Below, in pieces: positions 63,702-64,000 of a stretch of DNA of 64,000 bases (positions are counted from its first letter, which is position 1; each line of letters opens with the position of its first letter). The position numbers and the translations under genes were made by a program. Origin of the DNA: Nitrospinota bacterium (GTDB lineage: Bacteria > Nitrospinota_A > UBA7883 > JACRLM01). The stretch is from contig JACRLM010000031.1 in assembly GCA_016235255.1 (NCBI GenBank), positions 43,763 to 107,762 of the forward strand, read 5' to 3'. The notes beneath the pieces are model-generated. The model made no database searches. It was not told where the DNA came from and saw only the letters and a program-made list of their open reading frames with translations.

Positions 63702-63962
63702 TCAGACCAATCCCGTGAGCATGTGCGTCCCGTCGCAGAAAGGCGGCTTTGTCGTCTTCTTGCATCCGCATAGGGCGGCGTGCCTGTCCTTTTCGATTTC
63801 AAAAACCATCGGGACGTTTTTCATCCCTTCATACTCCGTCCCCTTGTGCGACCCGTCGCAGAAAGGCTGCTTTCTGGAAAGCCCGCACCCGCACCATGCG
63901 TAACTTCCAGCCTTAAGCTCCACGATGTAAGGAGCGTTCTTCGGCGATTTGGGATCAGGCAT
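63702..63962 (-). CDS. CDGSH-type iron-sulfur domain protein (mitoNEET-like), two CDGSH motifs
   Basis: CGCGLSRKQPFCDGSH and CGCKKTTKPPFCDGTH. Confidence 0.75.
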   Translation of the reverse strand: MPDPKSPKNAPYIVELKAGSYAWCGCGLSRKQPFCDGSHKGTEYEGMKNVPMVFEIEKDRHAALCGCKKTTKPPFCDGTHMLTGLV

Positions 63963-64000
63963 CGGGGCGCTCCGGCTTAATATTTTGTTTCCGCAATTTT

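Overview
High-GC (~60%) bacterial chromosomal segment, mostly housekeeping and envelope genes on both strands, with no obvious horizontally acquired island.

Recognisable content, in order:
- Left end: a truncated HlyD-type efflux adaptor, then a secreted ~12-heme c-type cytochrome lipoprotein that carries an internal 108-bp tandem duplication.
- A spermidine-synthase-like membrane fusion protein with a translationally coupled membrane partner, and a FliB-like flagellin lysine-N-methylase.
- argG, recG, an MBL-fold hydrolase and a deoxyhypusine-synthase-like gene.
- A HicAB toxin-antitoxin pair.
- Lipopolysaccharide and nucleotide-sugar genes: hldE, ugd plus a UDP-glucuronate decarboxylase (UDP-xylose branch), a GT9 heptosyltransferase, msbA, a GH5-like lipoprotein and an O-antigen-ligase-like protein.
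- A very large TM-GAF-PAS-GAF-PAS sensor histidine kinase, broken by a 1-nt frameshift in a G5 run.
- dksA, and tRNA-Arg with a near-consensus sigma70 promoter.
- A complete aa3-type cytochrome c oxidase locus on the minus strand, in the order subunit III, SCO1, II, I, ctaA, ctaB, followed by a 40-aa membrane micro-ORF.
- A frameshifted C-terminal fragment of a Clp/Hsp100 ATPase gene.
- TetR-family regulator, lnt, PPi-type phosphofructokinase, a DUF72 protein, tatC and pyrF.
- A flagellar filament module (short flagellin fliC, fliD, fliS) with a clean intrinsic terminator and a sigma28-like promoter.
- A zinc-ribbon protein, a hemerythrin and a MarR-family regulator.
- A class IV aminotransferase, uvrB and hisG.
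- A GT39-type membrane glycosyltransferase with TPR repeats, a Maf/DUF115-like protein, a GGDEF cyclase, a D-aminoacylase, a lytic transglycosylase, miaA and a tRNA m6A methyltransferase.
- A putative sulfide-handling operon: a MerR-family regulator with a Cys-rich C-terminus, a DsrE-like protein and an SQR-like flavoprotein.
- A site-2 protease, trpS, an MNT/HEPN pair and a CDGSH iron-sulfur protein.

Non-coding highlights:
- A composite palindromic repeat family. Two large copies sit at about 35.8-36.2 kb and 58.7-58.9 kb, and shorter REP-like hairpin units at about 8.84 kb and 35.75 kb.
- A perfect 14-bp inverted repeat between lnt and the phosphofructokinase gene.

No CRISPR array, rRNA or obvious IS/transposase was seen.
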